In this document: in pieces, positions 37,469 through 47,270 of the stretch | How positions within the stretch are numbered: position 1 is the stretch's first letter | How the letters are laid out: the number at the start of each line of letters is the position of its first letter | NCBI RefSeq assembly: GCF_025151995.1 | Contig: NZ_CP102290.1 | Span: forward strand, 1,419,571-1,483,570 | Source: Ruminococcus gauvreauii | GTDB lineage: Bacteria > Bacillota > Clostridia > Lachnospirales > Lachnospiraceae | DNA length: 64,000 nt | Direction: 5' to 3' | Notes under the pieces: model-generated | What the model was told of the DNA's origin: nothing | The model's database searches: none | The model's input: the letters and a program-made list of their open reading frames with translations, nothing else | Made by a program: the position numbers and the translations under genes

Positions 37469-37509
37469 AACCTGCTTATAACAAAAAATTAATTGTAAGC
37501 AGGTTTTCG
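37469..37509. terminator. Bidirectional terminator hairpin AACCTGCTTA-N17-TAAGCAGGTT
   Basis: 10-bp perfect stem with A-run upstream and TTTTCGC downstream. Lies at the end of the ABC-2 operon. Confidence 0.6.
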
Positions 37510-37510
37510 C

Positions 37511-38230
37511 TTAAGATTCCGCCTGCAGCCGTTTCAGCAGCAAGCCGCATATCACTGCCGCAGCCAGAAAGATCACCAGCAGAGGCCACAGATTTGTGAA
37601 AACAAAGCCCCCGTCTGCCATCAGTCGATATCCCCATGCCGCAGGGCATATATCTCCCACAACCGCAAAAGCATGCGGAAGTAAATCTGCAGGAAACATG
37701 ATTCCCGACAGCATAATAGACGGGAGAAAAATCATCTGTGAGATCATGGTGAGTTTTGCCTGATTTTTGATCAGCAGCCCCAACACGCTTCCTATACTTA
37801 AGGTCACCGCAGTAAATATTAAGAGTGAGACAAAATATAATGGCGGGCTTTCGGGCAGCTTTGCATCAAAAGCGATGGGGGCAGCCATGTATATGACAGC
37901 GCTCATCAGCATCAGATGGAGCAGCGCTGATAAGAACATGGAAACCAGCCCGAGATACATCGGGACCCCATTCGCCTTGTATACCTTCCTGATGTCATTT
38001 CCATAGACTTCCAAAAGAGAGGGAGGCAGGCCGATCAGCGCACCCGTTGATACCCCCAGCACAGTCATAGACTGAATCAGCGTGTTTCTGGTATCGGGGG
38101 TTATGGATGTAAATATTCCGCCCATGACAGCAAAGAACAAGAGCGGAACCACATAACAGGTGATCAAGAGTGTCCTGCTTCTCATATCCAGTTTCCACTG
38201 CAGTGCCAGTCCGTATAAAAATGCGCTCAT
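37511..38230 (-). CDS. ABC-2 type transporter permease
   Basis: 239 aa with 6 TM helices. 4-nt overlap with the upstream ATPase gene. Confidence 0.75.
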   Translation of the reverse strand: MSAFLYGLALQWKLDMRSRTLLITCYVVPLLFFAVMGGIFTSITPDTRNTLIQSMTVLGVSTGALIGLPPSLLEVYGNDIRKVYKANGVPMYLGLVSMFLSALLHLMLMSAVIYMAAPIAFDAKLPESPPLYFVSLLIFTAVTLSIGSVLGLLIKNQAKLTMISQMIFLPSIMLSGIMFPADLLPHAFAVVGDICPAAWGYRLMADGGFVFTNLWPLLVIFLAAAVICGLLLKRLQAES

Positions 38231-39042
38231 TCCCCATTCCTCCCCGCTAAGTCGATAAAATGCTGTTCCAGTGTTCCTCTGTCTATTTTGATATCTGATA
38301 TCTCAATCCCGCGCCGTTTAAAATCTTCCAGCAGCGTCAGCATGGTTTCCCCGATATCGTCAGCCTCAAAACGTTGATCCCCTTCTCCTGTTTTAATGTC
38401 GATGATATAGCGGCTGCCTGTTTTAGCTGACAGTTCTTCAACAGTCCCCAGGAATGCAATATCACCGTCATTCAAAATCGCGATACGGTCACACAGATTT
38501 TCAACCTCCGCCATATCATGGCTCGCAAGGATAATGGTCTTCCCCTGTGCTTTCAGCCTGCGTATCTGACTATGAAGTTTGACTCTTCCCTCAACGTCCA
38601 GTCCGGCGGTCGGCTCGTCAAGAAACACGATATCCGGATCGCCGATCAGGGCAAGTGCCAGGTGCAGACGCCGCTTTTGCCCGGTGGACAGTTCTGCATA
38701 TTGATTCTTCGCCAGTTCCTGTATCCCCAGATCGGTTATCATCGAATGATCTATCTGAGTCTTATTCCATTTCGCAAACAGCCGCACTGCCTCCATCGGT
38801 CTGATACATGCCGGGAGCGACGCCGACTGCAGCTGAATGCCCATTCTCCCGTTCACCGCAATCTTTCCGCTGTCATACCTGCGCAATCCTTCGATACATT
38901 CAAGGGCTGTGGTCTTCCCTGCACCATTTACTCCAAGCACGGCAAATATCTCGCCTTCCCTGACGCCAAACGTCAGGTCTTTCAGCACCGTATGATCACC
39001 ATAACTTTTCTTCAGCCTGTCAATCTCAATCGCGTATCTCAT
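38227..39042 (-). CDS. ABC transporter ATP-binding protein
   Basis: Walker A GVNGAGKTT, signature LSTGQKRR, Walker B IVFLDEPT. Confidence 0.85.
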   Translation of the reverse strand: MRYAIEIDRLKKSYGDHTVLKDLTFGVREGEIFAVLGVNGAGKTTALECIEGLRRYDSGKIAVNGRMGIQLQSASLPACIRPMEAVRLFAKWNKTQIDHSMITDLGIQELAKNQYAELSTGQKRRLHLALALIGDPDIVFLDEPTAGLDVEGRVKLHSQIRRLKAQGKTIILASHDMAEVENLCDRIAILNDGDIAFLGTVEELSAKTGSRYIIDIKTGEGDQRFEADDIGETMLTLLEDFKRRGIEISDIKIDRGTLEQHFIDLAGRNGE

Positions 39043-39857
39043 TTTGTCACCCCCTGAAAAGGGTCCAGCCCTTTTTTATCAAAATACTCCTCCAACGCCG
39101 GTATGATAAACTCATTGGCGATCGCCTGTTTTTGTTTCCATCCCATGTCCCCGGTCATGACATGATCCGTTTCCATAGATTCGTTCATCTCCATAAGCTT
39201 TGACAGCATGGCAGCATCACCGCCTGTGAATTTCATGATCATATCCCAGTATTCCCCCGCAAAGCGCTGCCCCTTTTCACTCCCGGGAGGCACCCCGTCT
39301 TTTTGAAACTGTACTGCTTCATCGAACAGGCGGGTAAGTGTCTCCAGCATCGCAAGGCCGCTGTCCATATTGAAAAGCCCGTGAAAATGATCAAGTACCT
39401 GGTCGTCTAAATGCTTGATCATCCAGTAGTACTCATTTTTCATCCGAAGATTCGTGATGATATCCGCATATTTCTTAAAATCCACCGACTGCATCTGCAG
39501 GGCTTCCTCCCTCAGTATCTCGATCTCTTTTAAGGATTCTGACAGAGTTTCGATCTTTTTCCGTATGGCGGCCGCCTGATCAGCCAGTGCCCCCGCAACA
39601 TCTTCAGGCGTCTCGAGAGAAATCAGATGGTTTTTAATATCATCCAATGAGAATCCCAGAGACTTCAGAGATAAAATCTGGTGAAGCCTGACCAGATCTT
39701 TATCCGTATAAAGCCTGCGTCCTCCCGCGCTCTCCGCCGACGGTGAAAGTACGCCTTCCCTGTCGTAATACTGCAGGGTGCGCACGGTAACATCCATCTT
39801 TTTTGCGAGTTCTCCCACGGTCATATATCCCTCGGGGATCGCTTTATATTTGCTCAT
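39039..39857 (-). CDS. MerR family transcriptional regulator with C-terminal effector domain
   Basis: N-terminal MTVGELAKKMDVTVRTLQYYDREGVL HTH. Overlaps the ATPase start by 4 nt. Confidence 0.8.
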   Translation of the reverse strand: MSKYKAIPEGYMTVGELAKKMDVTVRTLQYYDREGVLSPSAESAGGRRLYTDKDLVRLHQILSLKSLGFSLDDIKNHLISLETPEDVAGALADQAAAIRKKIETLSESLKEIEILREEALQMQSVDFKKYADIITNLRMKNEYYWMIKHLDDQVLDHFHGLFNMDSGLAMLETLTRLFDEAVQFQKDGVPPGSEKGQRFAGEYWDMIMKFTGGDAAMLSKLMEMNESMETDHVMTGDMGWKQKQAIANEFIIPALEEYFDKKGLDPFQGVTK

Positions 39858-39985
39858 AGCAGCTCTCCTTCCCTTTGATTAAATCCATTATAATATATGA
39901 CGCCGCGTCACGAGCAAGCCTTTTTCTGGAACTTCTGCTGACAGCAAAGCAGCGCATTGCCGCGATTGGCATTGCGCTGCTTTGC

Positions 39986-40681
39986 TTATGCTGTCGGATA
40001 CTCATTACATAACAGCCGATAAGGTGGTTCGTCCTCTTCGATCTTGGGAAAACGCCCCATCTCCTCATAAAACCGGTTGTCGGTGTTGTCATCATTACAC
40101 ATGGACACTTCCCCGATCAAAACGGCTCCTGTGCCCGGTTTCACATCAAAATCATGGTATTGGCGCGGCCACAGGGTAATACTTTCCCCGGGTTTTAGCT
40201 CCACGCCTGTGCCTGCCGGAACGTAATAAGAGCGTCCGTCTGCGTTGATCAGAACGTCCGTGGTGTCGAAAGAGTCGTCTTCCCTGCTGTTATACAGATG
40301 GATAATCAGCGTGCCGCCGCCGCGGTTGATAATATCCTCACTCTTTTGCCAGTGGTAATGCATCGGCGAATGCTGCCCTTCCTTTAACATCAGCAGCTTT
40401 TCCGCGTACACCTTTTCGTATTTGGGATTGTTCTGATTGCCGTTGCGCAGTGTGATCAGTGCAAATCCCACCTTATCCCAGTCGCCAAGACCGTAGTCTG
40501 TAATATCCCACCCCATCATGTTATCTCTGATCTCATCATACTCCTCATTTTTACAAGCCCAGTCTTCCGGTGTCCAGTGGCAAAAAGGCGGGAGTTCAAA
40601 TTTATGTTCTCTGATCAAGTCTTCCATTTCCCTGATACATTGGTTAATTTTTGATCGTTTCATGGCAGTCCTTCCTTTCAC
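39986..40681 (-). CDS. Cupin-fold sugar isomerase, D-lyxose/D-mannose isomerase-like
   Basis: Cupin His cluster (SPMHYHWQKSEDIINRGGG). Size and context fit YdaE-like lyxose isomerases. The real start is probably the downstream Met (MKRSKINQ). Confidence 0.45.
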   Translation of the reverse strand: MKGRTAMKRSKINQCIREMEDLIREHKFELPPFCHWTPEDWACKNEEYDEIRDNMMGWDITDYGLGDWDKVGFALITLRNGNQNNPKYEKVYAEKLLMLKEGQHSPMHYHWQKSEDIINRGGGTLIIHLYNSREDDSFDTTDVLINADGRSYYVPAGTGVELKPGESITLWPRQYHDFDVKPGTGAVLIGEVSMCNDDNTDNRFYEEMGRFPKIEEDEPPYRLLCNEYPTA

Positions 40682-41742
40682 TCATTTCTTCCTGACCTTT
40701 GAATCATTGTCTTGTATCCTTCGATCTCCGAAGGATTTTCCAGAACTCTGAACCTTATAGTGATCTTCTCCTTTTCAAAAGGCTTCAGGATACGAAAATC
40801 CCGTTTTTTGGCATGATGCTCCCTGCCGTACACGCTGGCATTAGCGGGCTCAAATCCGACCACATAATCACCGGGTGCCGTCGACTTCCATTCCATAAAG
40901 TATGGAAGCACCTTCTGATCATATTCACAGCAGACCGCGATCTGCCGTCCTTCATTTACCAGCATCGCCATGGTCTTTTGTTCCTGATCGCCATACAGCG
41001 CATGGATGTATACGCGTTCCTCCTGATGATCCCGGGGCGCCTCCATTTGATCCCAGTCATCCATGTGACAGGCGGCTATCCCGTCGCGGGGAGTGGTGTT
41101 TTTCACCGGCAGGTAAATTCGTGCCGATTCATCCACCAGCGGATACCCCATGTTAAAATGGTACAGGATCATCATCGGTTCATCCCGGAACGACTGGTTC
41201 TCGATCTCATCTTCAATCGTCACACAATTCTCCCCCAGGCAGGTGCTGATCTTCCTGCGAAGAACCAGATTTTCCCCGAAAAGCTCTGCCTGTCTCATCT
41301 CGGCGCTGATCCGCTGCACGTACCGACCGCCTTCCCACCCGGCATCTGCTGCCAGATGCTCGGCAGGGGTCGTGCGGATCCTCCCATGCATGGGGTATTC
41401 TTTGCCGTCCACGCAGGCGGGCGCACAGATATTGTCCAGACCGCTGGTGAAAAGCATTCCTCCCATGATGCTTCGCAGCGCCTCCGCGCCGTTGGTGTCA
41501 TAATGCCCCCTGCCTTGCAGCCCCGGCTTTGAGAGAAAGTTAAGGTTCATTCCTTTATAAGAAAATTCCGCAATGTCCAGGCATTTGTCCGCCAGAAGGG
41601 TAAATCGCAGATCGCCGCTTTTTACATCATAAGCCTTCATCCCGGCGGCACGTCCTTCTTCATACGTGACCGGCCGCACAAATGCCATCTGCTGCATGCT
41701 TCCGACATATCTCATGGTATCATATTTTTCCATCGCCCGCAC
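40678..41742 (-). CDS. Hypothetical protein, possibly aldose-1-epimerase-like (DUF4432-like)
   Basis: 354 aa with no clear catalytic motif recalled. Co-operonic with the cupin isomerase (4-nt overlap). Confidence 0.35.
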   Translation of the reverse strand: MRAMEKYDTMRYVGSMQQMAFVRPVTYEEGRAAGMKAYDVKSGDLRFTLLADKCLDIAEFSYKGMNLNFLSKPGLQGRGHYDTNGAEALRSIMGGMLFTSGLDNICAPACVDGKEYPMHGRIRTTPAEHLAADAGWEGGRYVQRISAEMRQAELFGENLVLRRKISTCLGENCVTIEDEIENQSFRDEPMMILYHFNMGYPLVDESARIYLPVKNTTPRDGIAACHMDDWDQMEAPRDHQEERVYIHALYGDQEQKTMAMLVNEGRQIAVCCEYDQKVLPYFMEWKSTAPGDYVVGFEPANASVYGREHHAKKRDFRILKPFEKEKITIRFRVLENPSEIEGYKTMIQRSGRNE

Positions 41743-41757
41743 ACTCCCTTCTGGATA

Positions 41758-44700
41758 TTAAAACCATAACTTCACGGTACACAGCTCGAATGGCTTCAGC
41801 GATACCGGGACGGTGTCATCTGCCACCGGCTCTGCCAGATTTTCTTCCAGCAGATTACAGAGGGCATACTTCCGGATGCCGTAGTCTGAGGTGAGAGAAA
41901 GCCTGGTGCTTCCGCCCCTGCACTCATGCATCCGAACCACGATGCAGTTCTCCTGCTCAGCCTTCTTCACGGCGTCGATGCAGATGGAATCCGAGTCAAA
42001 GTTAAGAATATTTCCGAGACCTTCCGCCTTTCTGCCCACAGCCACTTCCACCGGCTGGTTCAGTCTGACGCTCTCCTCGATCGTATCTCCTTCGGAAACC
42101 GTACCGCTGTGCGGCAGCAAAGCGTAGGTAAACTCATGAGATCCCATGTCGCACTCGGTATCCGGAAATTTTGTGCTCTTTAACATCGTCAGCTTCAGCG
42201 TGCTGTCTTTGGCGCTGTAGCCATATTTACAGTCATTTAAAATGCTGACGCCGTAATTTGCTTCTGAGATATCGCCCCATTTATGCCCAACCACTTCAAA
42301 CCGTGCCCAATCCCAGCTTGTGTTAAAGTGTGTCGGCCGCTCCACATGTCCGAACTGGATGTCATAAGACGCCTTCTGGCTTCTGACATTCAGCGGAAAT
42401 GAAACCTTGAGCAGACGGTCCTTCTCATGCCAGTCTGCTTTCGTCCAAAAATCAATCCTGCGGCTGTCACGGTAGACGATCATCTCCCGGACGAATACCG
42501 ACTTGTTGTACGTATGCACAAAGCGGATCACACAGCGCAGCGCCCCGCATTCCACCAGTTTCGGTTCCTCCGCCAGTACCGCTGTCTCCCTTTTTTGCAT
42601 GTAATAAATATCAATATCCCAGTTGTCATGATTCATCGGCTTGTCTTCATATAGCTCCAGGACATTTCCTGTCCCGGCAAGGACCTCACGTTCGTTCTCT
42701 TTGTCATAGACGTAGGACAGGTATCCTTCCTCATTCCACGCAACCTGATAGAACGGTGTTTCCACACGCCCCTGTTTCAGGTCAACCGCAAAGGTCTCCG
42801 GCTCCAAATCTGCCTCCCCATCCGGACAAAAAGTAATCGTCCGTGCCGACAGCGGCGCAAGCTTGGTCTCGATCAGCCACCCGCCTTCTGTCCTCTGAGC
42901 CGGAAGCTTTTGTCCGTCACTGTCATAGAAGCTTCCTTCTTCGGACACCGGCAGCGGTGTGAGATCCCTGCGCCAAAAGCTGCAGGGATTCAAGCAGGTG
43001 AAGGCTCCGTCTTCTCCGTTCACCAGCATGTCAAGTGCCGGGGCATTGATTTCCCGAAGACTTGCCGCCGCTTTTTCGTACGCCGCGATCGAATCTTCAT
43101 AGACTTCCCTGATGGAAGAACCGGGAATAATATCATGAAACTGATGCAGCAGCACACATCGCCATATCTGTTTCAGCTCCCGCTGCGGATATTCCCCTCC
43201 CTTTAAAAAGGCAAGCGCCGAAAGCCATTCGCTGTTAAATAATCCAAATTCCAGTTTTCGGTTGAACTTCTTATTCGCCGCCTGAGAGGTATAGGTTCCT
43301 CTGTGATATTCAAAATACAGCTCCCCGTCCCAGGTATGTACATACTGGTCGGCCGTATCCACCTTCTCGTGGAGACGGTCGAAAAAAGCTCCCGCCGTGG
43401 AATTCTTTACATTCGGCAATCCCGGCAGCTTATCCATAACCCGCCGCATTTTCAGCATATTGCGGTTAACTCCGCCGCCGCCGTCGCCGTAACCATAGCT
43501 GATCAGCGTCTCGTTGCTGAGCGCTTTATCCTTGAATTTATACCAGCTGCCGATCACTGTCCGCGGAGACAGCAGACCGTTGTATGTGGAATACAACCGG
43601 TCAAATGAATGTCCTTCATTCGGCGTCGTGATAAAATACGTCAGGATTTCGCTGCCGTCCAGTCCGCGCCATTTGAACAAATCATGCGGAATTGCATTAT
43701 ATTGGTTCCAGCTGATCTTGGTGGTCATAAATGTTTTGATATTGCACTGCTTTAAAATCTGCGGCAGCGCGCTACTGTACCCAAAGACATCCGGCAGCCA
43801 TAAATGCCGGCAGGAAACACCGAATTCTTCTTTGAAAAATAAAATCCCTTCGGTCAGCTGACGCACAAGCGCCTCTCCCGAGGAAATATTGCAGTCGGCC
43901 TCCACCCACATCGCGCCGTCTACTTCCCATTTCTTTTCCTTCACCCGCTCTTTAATGCTCTCGTAAAGCTCCGGTGCATCATTTTTTATGTATTGATATA
44001 ACTGCGCCTGCGTCTGCAGAAACAGAAAATCGTCAAATTCTTCCATCAGACGCAGCACCGTGGCAAAGGAACGCTGTGCCTTCTCGCGGGTATGCTTTAG
44101 CCGCCACAGCCATGCCACATCGATATGCGTATGTCCCACTGCATTTACGGTCACATCGCTGTGCTTCTCCATTTTTTCAAGAGATTCCATAAGCTGTGAG
44201 AGTGCTGTCCCGATGGTGTCGTAGAATTTATCGTCGTCCCAGTTGATAAACCGGTACGCATGGTCGAGCGCCGCCATCAGCTGATGCTTTTCCGTATCTG
44301 TATCAGGAAGCAGCTTCAGCGTCTTGTAGATCGCCTTGGAATAATAATAAAATTCGTCGGTGGGCAGATGAAGGTAGCCGATCTCGGCGCGCCTGACCTT
44401 GTGGAACTGCTCCTTTTTCGGGCCTCCGCCTTCAAGCCCGGTCCACAGTAAGAAGGTAAGCTTTGCCTCCTGTCCCGCCAGGGAATCGAAAATCACATCC
44501 TTGTGGTTGGAATCAACGCCCTGGTACCGCTCACCATTCACATACAACAGTGATTCGAACCCGCTGTTGTGCCCCTCGCCGGTGATTCCAAAGTCAAATA
44601 CACCTGCAACCTGACAGTCTGCCTTCGCCCGCGGAAGCCGAACCACCTTCTGCATCCACAGATAACGGTCGCGGCCGATAAAATCATCGCCGATATGAAG

Positions 44701-44859
44701 TTCAAATCCCCGGATCTCTTCCGGCGGTGTTTTGTATACATCATCTTTATCCAGATGGCCTTCCATCGCCGACATGGTGTCTAACGAAACCATGTCCCGA
44801 TACCGGAACGCCTCCAGCTGCCGGGTCCTTGCCTCCAGCTTTTCAACAGTAAAAAACAT
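41758..44859 (-). CDS. GH38 family alpha-mannosidase
   Basis: 1033 aa. N-terminal GH38 catalytic region with HTHIDVAWLW and WVEADCN motifs. Length fits bacterial class II mannosidases. Confidence 0.8.
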   Translation of the reverse strand: MFFTVEKLEARTRQLEAFRYRDMVSLDTMSAMEGHLDKDDVYKTPPEEIRGFELHIGDDFIGRDRYLWMQKVVRLPRAKADCQVAGVFDFGITGEGHNSGFESLLYVNGERYQGVDSNHKDVIFDSLAGQEAKLTFLLWTGLEGGGPKKEQFHKVRRAEIGYLHLPTDEFYYYSKAIYKTLKLLPDTDTEKHQLMAALDHAYRFINWDDDKFYDTIGTALSQLMESLEKMEKHSDVTVNAVGHTHIDVAWLWRLKHTREKAQRSFATVLRLMEEFDDFLFLQTQAQLYQYIKNDAPELYESIKERVKEKKWEVDGAMWVEADCNISSGEALVRQLTEGILFFKEEFGVSCRHLWLPDVFGYSSALPQILKQCNIKTFMTTKISWNQYNAIPHDLFKWRGLDGSEILTYFITTPNEGHSFDRLYSTYNGLLSPRTVIGSWYKFKDKALSNETLISYGYGDGGGGVNRNMLKMRRVMDKLPGLPNVKNSTAGAFFDRLHEKVDTADQYVHTWDGELYFEYHRGTYTSQAANKKFNRKLEFGLFNSEWLSALAFLKGGEYPQRELKQIWRCVLLHQFHDIIPGSSIREVYEDSIAAYEKAAASLREINAPALDMLVNGEDGAFTCLNPCSFWRRDLTPLPVSEEGSFYDSDGQKLPAQRTEGGWLIETKLAPLSARTITFCPDGEADLEPETFAVDLKQGRVETPFYQVAWNEEGYLSYVYDKENEREVLAGTGNVLELYEDKPMNHDNWDIDIYYMQKRETAVLAEEPKLVECGALRCVIRFVHTYNKSVFVREMIVYRDSRRIDFWTKADWHEKDRLLKVSFPLNVRSQKASYDIQFGHVERPTHFNTSWDWARFEVVGHKWGDISEANYGVSILNDCKYGYSAKDSTLKLTMLKSTKFPDTECDMGSHEFTYALLPHSGTVSEGDTIEESVRLNQPVEVAVGRKAEGLGNILNFDSDSICIDAVKKAEQENCIVVRMHECRGGSTRLSLTSDYGIRKYALCNLLEENLAEPVADDTVPVSLKPFELCTVKLWF

Positions 44860-44892
44860 CCTTTTCTCCTCCAGTCACGCCTGAACCTTTCG

Positions 44893-46248
44893 TTACGTCA
44901 GACTCTTATAACGGCCGGCAAACTTTTCATCCCAGTTACGCTCCAGATTCTCCCGCCATGAAATGGCTGCGTTTTTCAGCCTTTCTGTGATTTCCGGATA
45001 CTGCCCGGCAATGTTGTGTGTCTCTCCCGGATCACCGGCCAGATCTGACAGGAAGATTTCATCCTGCGGCGCTTCCGATTCCACCAGCTGCCCGTTTAAT
45101 ACCAGTTTATAGTTCCCTTCCCGGACGGCAGTCTGTCCCTCCATCTCCCAGAAGATCTGGTCATGGACGTGGTCTGCACCGGTCGTGAGAAGCGTTGTCA
45201 GGTCCGACCCGTCCAGCGTATACTCCGCCGCATCGCCGCCTGCCAGATTCAGCAGCGTCGGGAACAGATCCATCGCCGCCACCGGCTCCTCGATAATCTG
45301 GTTTCTTTTGATTCCTGCCGGATACGAGATAAGCGCCGGAACCCTGATGCCGCCCTCAAAGAGGCTGAATTTGTGTCCCTTGAAGCCTCCTGTCTGCCCG
45401 CCGTAGTAGGGATCGCCGCAGCCGTCCATGAAGTTTCTCGATTCTCTCGACGGACCGTTGTCACTTTGGAAATAAATGATCGTATCTTCATAGATGCCCT
45501 GGCGCTTCAATTCATTTACAATATCACCGATGCCGTCGTCGACTGCCGCGATCATCGCCGCCATCACCTGCCTGTCCCACGGAAGATGGGCAAATCTGTC
45601 CATGTACTCCTGCGGCGCATGCATCGGATAATGCGGGGCATTGTAGCCAAGATAGATCATAAACGGGTCGGTGTCGGATGCGTGCTCCCGAATATATTTT
45701 ACGGTTTTCCTGGTTGCCATCTCCGTAAAATATTCGCCGTTTTGATACACTTCCCGGTCATTTTCCCAGAGATCATGTGTAGGATCACACCCCCCGTCAC
45801 TCATGCCATAGTAAAAAATGTGTGAATAATAGTCGATGCACCCCGCCATAAAGCCGTAAAAATAGTCGAATCCGTTATCCCACGGACGGCAACCTTCTTT
45901 TAATCCCAGATGCCACTTTCCGATCAGAGCCGTGCTGTATCCGGATTCTTTCAGTGCCGCTGCGATCGTCGGTGTCTCCTTCGTCAGCCCGGTAGCTTTC
46001 CGGTGTCCGGCGAGGATCGCCCTTACGCCTGCATTTCCCGGATATCTTCCCGTCAGCAGGGACGCTCTGGACGGAGAGCACACCGGACTGCCCGCATACA
46101 TGCTTTTAAATAATGCCCCTTCCGATGCGAGGCTGTCGATATTCGGAGTGACAAAATCCGTGCTTCCCATGCAGGATAAATCACCGTATCCCTGGTCATC
46201 CGTCATGATCATGATCACATTGGGACGTTTCTTTACAGACTGATTCAT
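44893..46248 (-). CDS. Sulfatase (formylglycine-dependent arylsulfatase family)
   Basis: Signature PVCSPSRASLLTGRYP (C-x-P-x-R formylglycine motif) and GKWHLG motif. Confidence 0.85.
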   Translation of the reverse strand: MNQSVKKRPNVIMIMTDDQGYGDLSCMGSTDFVTPNIDSLASEGALFKSMYAGSPVCSPSRASLLTGRYPGNAGVRAILAGHRKATGLTKETPTIAAALKESGYSTALIGKWHLGLKEGCRPWDNGFDYFYGFMAGCIDYYSHIFYYGMSDGGCDPTHDLWENDREVYQNGEYFTEMATRKTVKYIREHASDTDPFMIYLGYNAPHYPMHAPQEYMDRFAHLPWDRQVMAAMIAAVDDGIGDIVNELKRQGIYEDTIIYFQSDNGPSRESRNFMDGCGDPYYGGQTGGFKGHKFSLFEGGIRVPALISYPAGIKRNQIIEEPVAAMDLFPTLLNLAGGDAAEYTLDGSDLTTLLTTGADHVHDQIFWEMEGQTAVREGNYKLVLNGQLVESEAPQDEIFLSDLAGDPGETHNIAGQYPEITERLKNAAISWRENLERNWDEKFAGRYKSLT

Positions 46249-47270
46249 TACTCTTCTCCTCCTTCTGCCTGATACATCTTGATATCACAAAGGGCTTTTG
46301 CCCGGTCATGTTCTCCCTCGTAGAGGAAGCATTTGACCTGCCGTCCCCCTATCTGAATGTTATCCGGCTGCTGTGTTCTGCATTTTTCAGTTGCCTTTGG
46401 GCATCTTCCTGCGAACATGCAGCATTCTTTGGTCGATGTCAGATCCGGCAGCTCCTCTTTCGCATAGATATCCACGATCTCCTCCCGGAATGGTTCCGGT
46501 GTACTGCCGAGCAAAAGCACCGTATACGGATGGTACGGTTCTCTGATAATCTCGTCGATCGCGCCGTACTCCACACAGTTTCCGGCGTACATGACCGCGA
46601 TGTGATCCGCCATATACCTGGCGGAGGCAAGGTTATGCGTGATATACAGCATGGTCAGCGCCTTCTTTTCCTTCAGCTCAAGAAGCAGGTTCATAATGTC
46701 GATACCGATGGATACATCCAGCATCGATGTCGGTTCATCGGCGACGATAATGGACGGATCGACCGCCAGCGCTCTGGCAATAACAATTCTCTGGCGCTGT
46801 CCGCCTGAGAGCTGGGAAGGATGTTTTTCCATGAAGTCCCTGGCGGGCGTCAGTCCGACAAGCTCCATCAGCTCCACTACTTTATCCGTGACCTGCTCGC
46901 CGGACAGGCTGCTGTTGTGCAGAGTGATCGAGCGCCCGATGATGTTCTTGATCGTGTGCGCCGGATTCAGGGAACCAAACGGATCCTGGAAGATCATCTG
47001 TATCTTGCTTCGCAGCTTCTTTTTGTCCTGTACACTTTTATAAGAGGATAAATTAACGCCGTCAATGAGCACCTCACCGTCCGTCAGGTCGTAAAGTCCC
47101 ATCAGAAGCTTTGCCAGCGTCGTCTTGCCGCACCCGGATTCGCCCACAACCGCCAGGGTCGTCCCCTGTTCGATGGTAAAGCTGACGTCATTGACCGCTT
47201 TTAAATATTTTTTCTCAAACATTTTTCCCGGCAGCAAAAAATGCTTTTTTACATTTTTAAATTCTATCAT
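46248..47270 (-). CDS. Oligopeptide-type ABC transporter ATP-binding protein (OppF-like)
   Basis: Walker A GESGCGKTT, signature LSGGQRQR, C-terminal oligopeptide-ATPase extension. Start trimmed to MIEFKNVKK. Confidence 0.8.
   Translation of the reverse strand: MIEFKNVKKHFLLPGKMFEKKYLKAVNDVSFTIEQGTTLAVVGESGCGKTTLAKLLMGLYDLTDGEVLIDGVNLSSYKSVQDKKKLRSKIQMIFQDPFGSLNPAHTIKNIIGRSITLHNSSLSGEQVTDKVVELMELVGLTPARDFMEKHPSQLSGGQRQRIVIARALAVDPSIIVADEPTSMLDVSIGIDIMNLLLELKEKKALTMLYITHNLASARYMADHIAVMYAGNCVEYGAIDEIIREPYHPYTVLLLGSTPEPFREEIVDIYAKEELPDLTSTKECCMFAGRCPKATEKCRTQQPDNIQIGGRQVKCFLYEGEHDRAKALCDIKMYQAEGGEE

Noticed and set aside
37324-37599. 91-aa ORF with TTG start in the vat/ABC intergenic region
   Set aside because: Begins within an apparent promoter (TTGACA) and spans the bidirectional terminator hairpin. 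It has no RBS and is more likely non-coding.
40699-41532. 277-aa plus-strand ORF
   Set aside because: Antisense to the 40678-41742 gene. Composition typical of GC-rich antisense frames.
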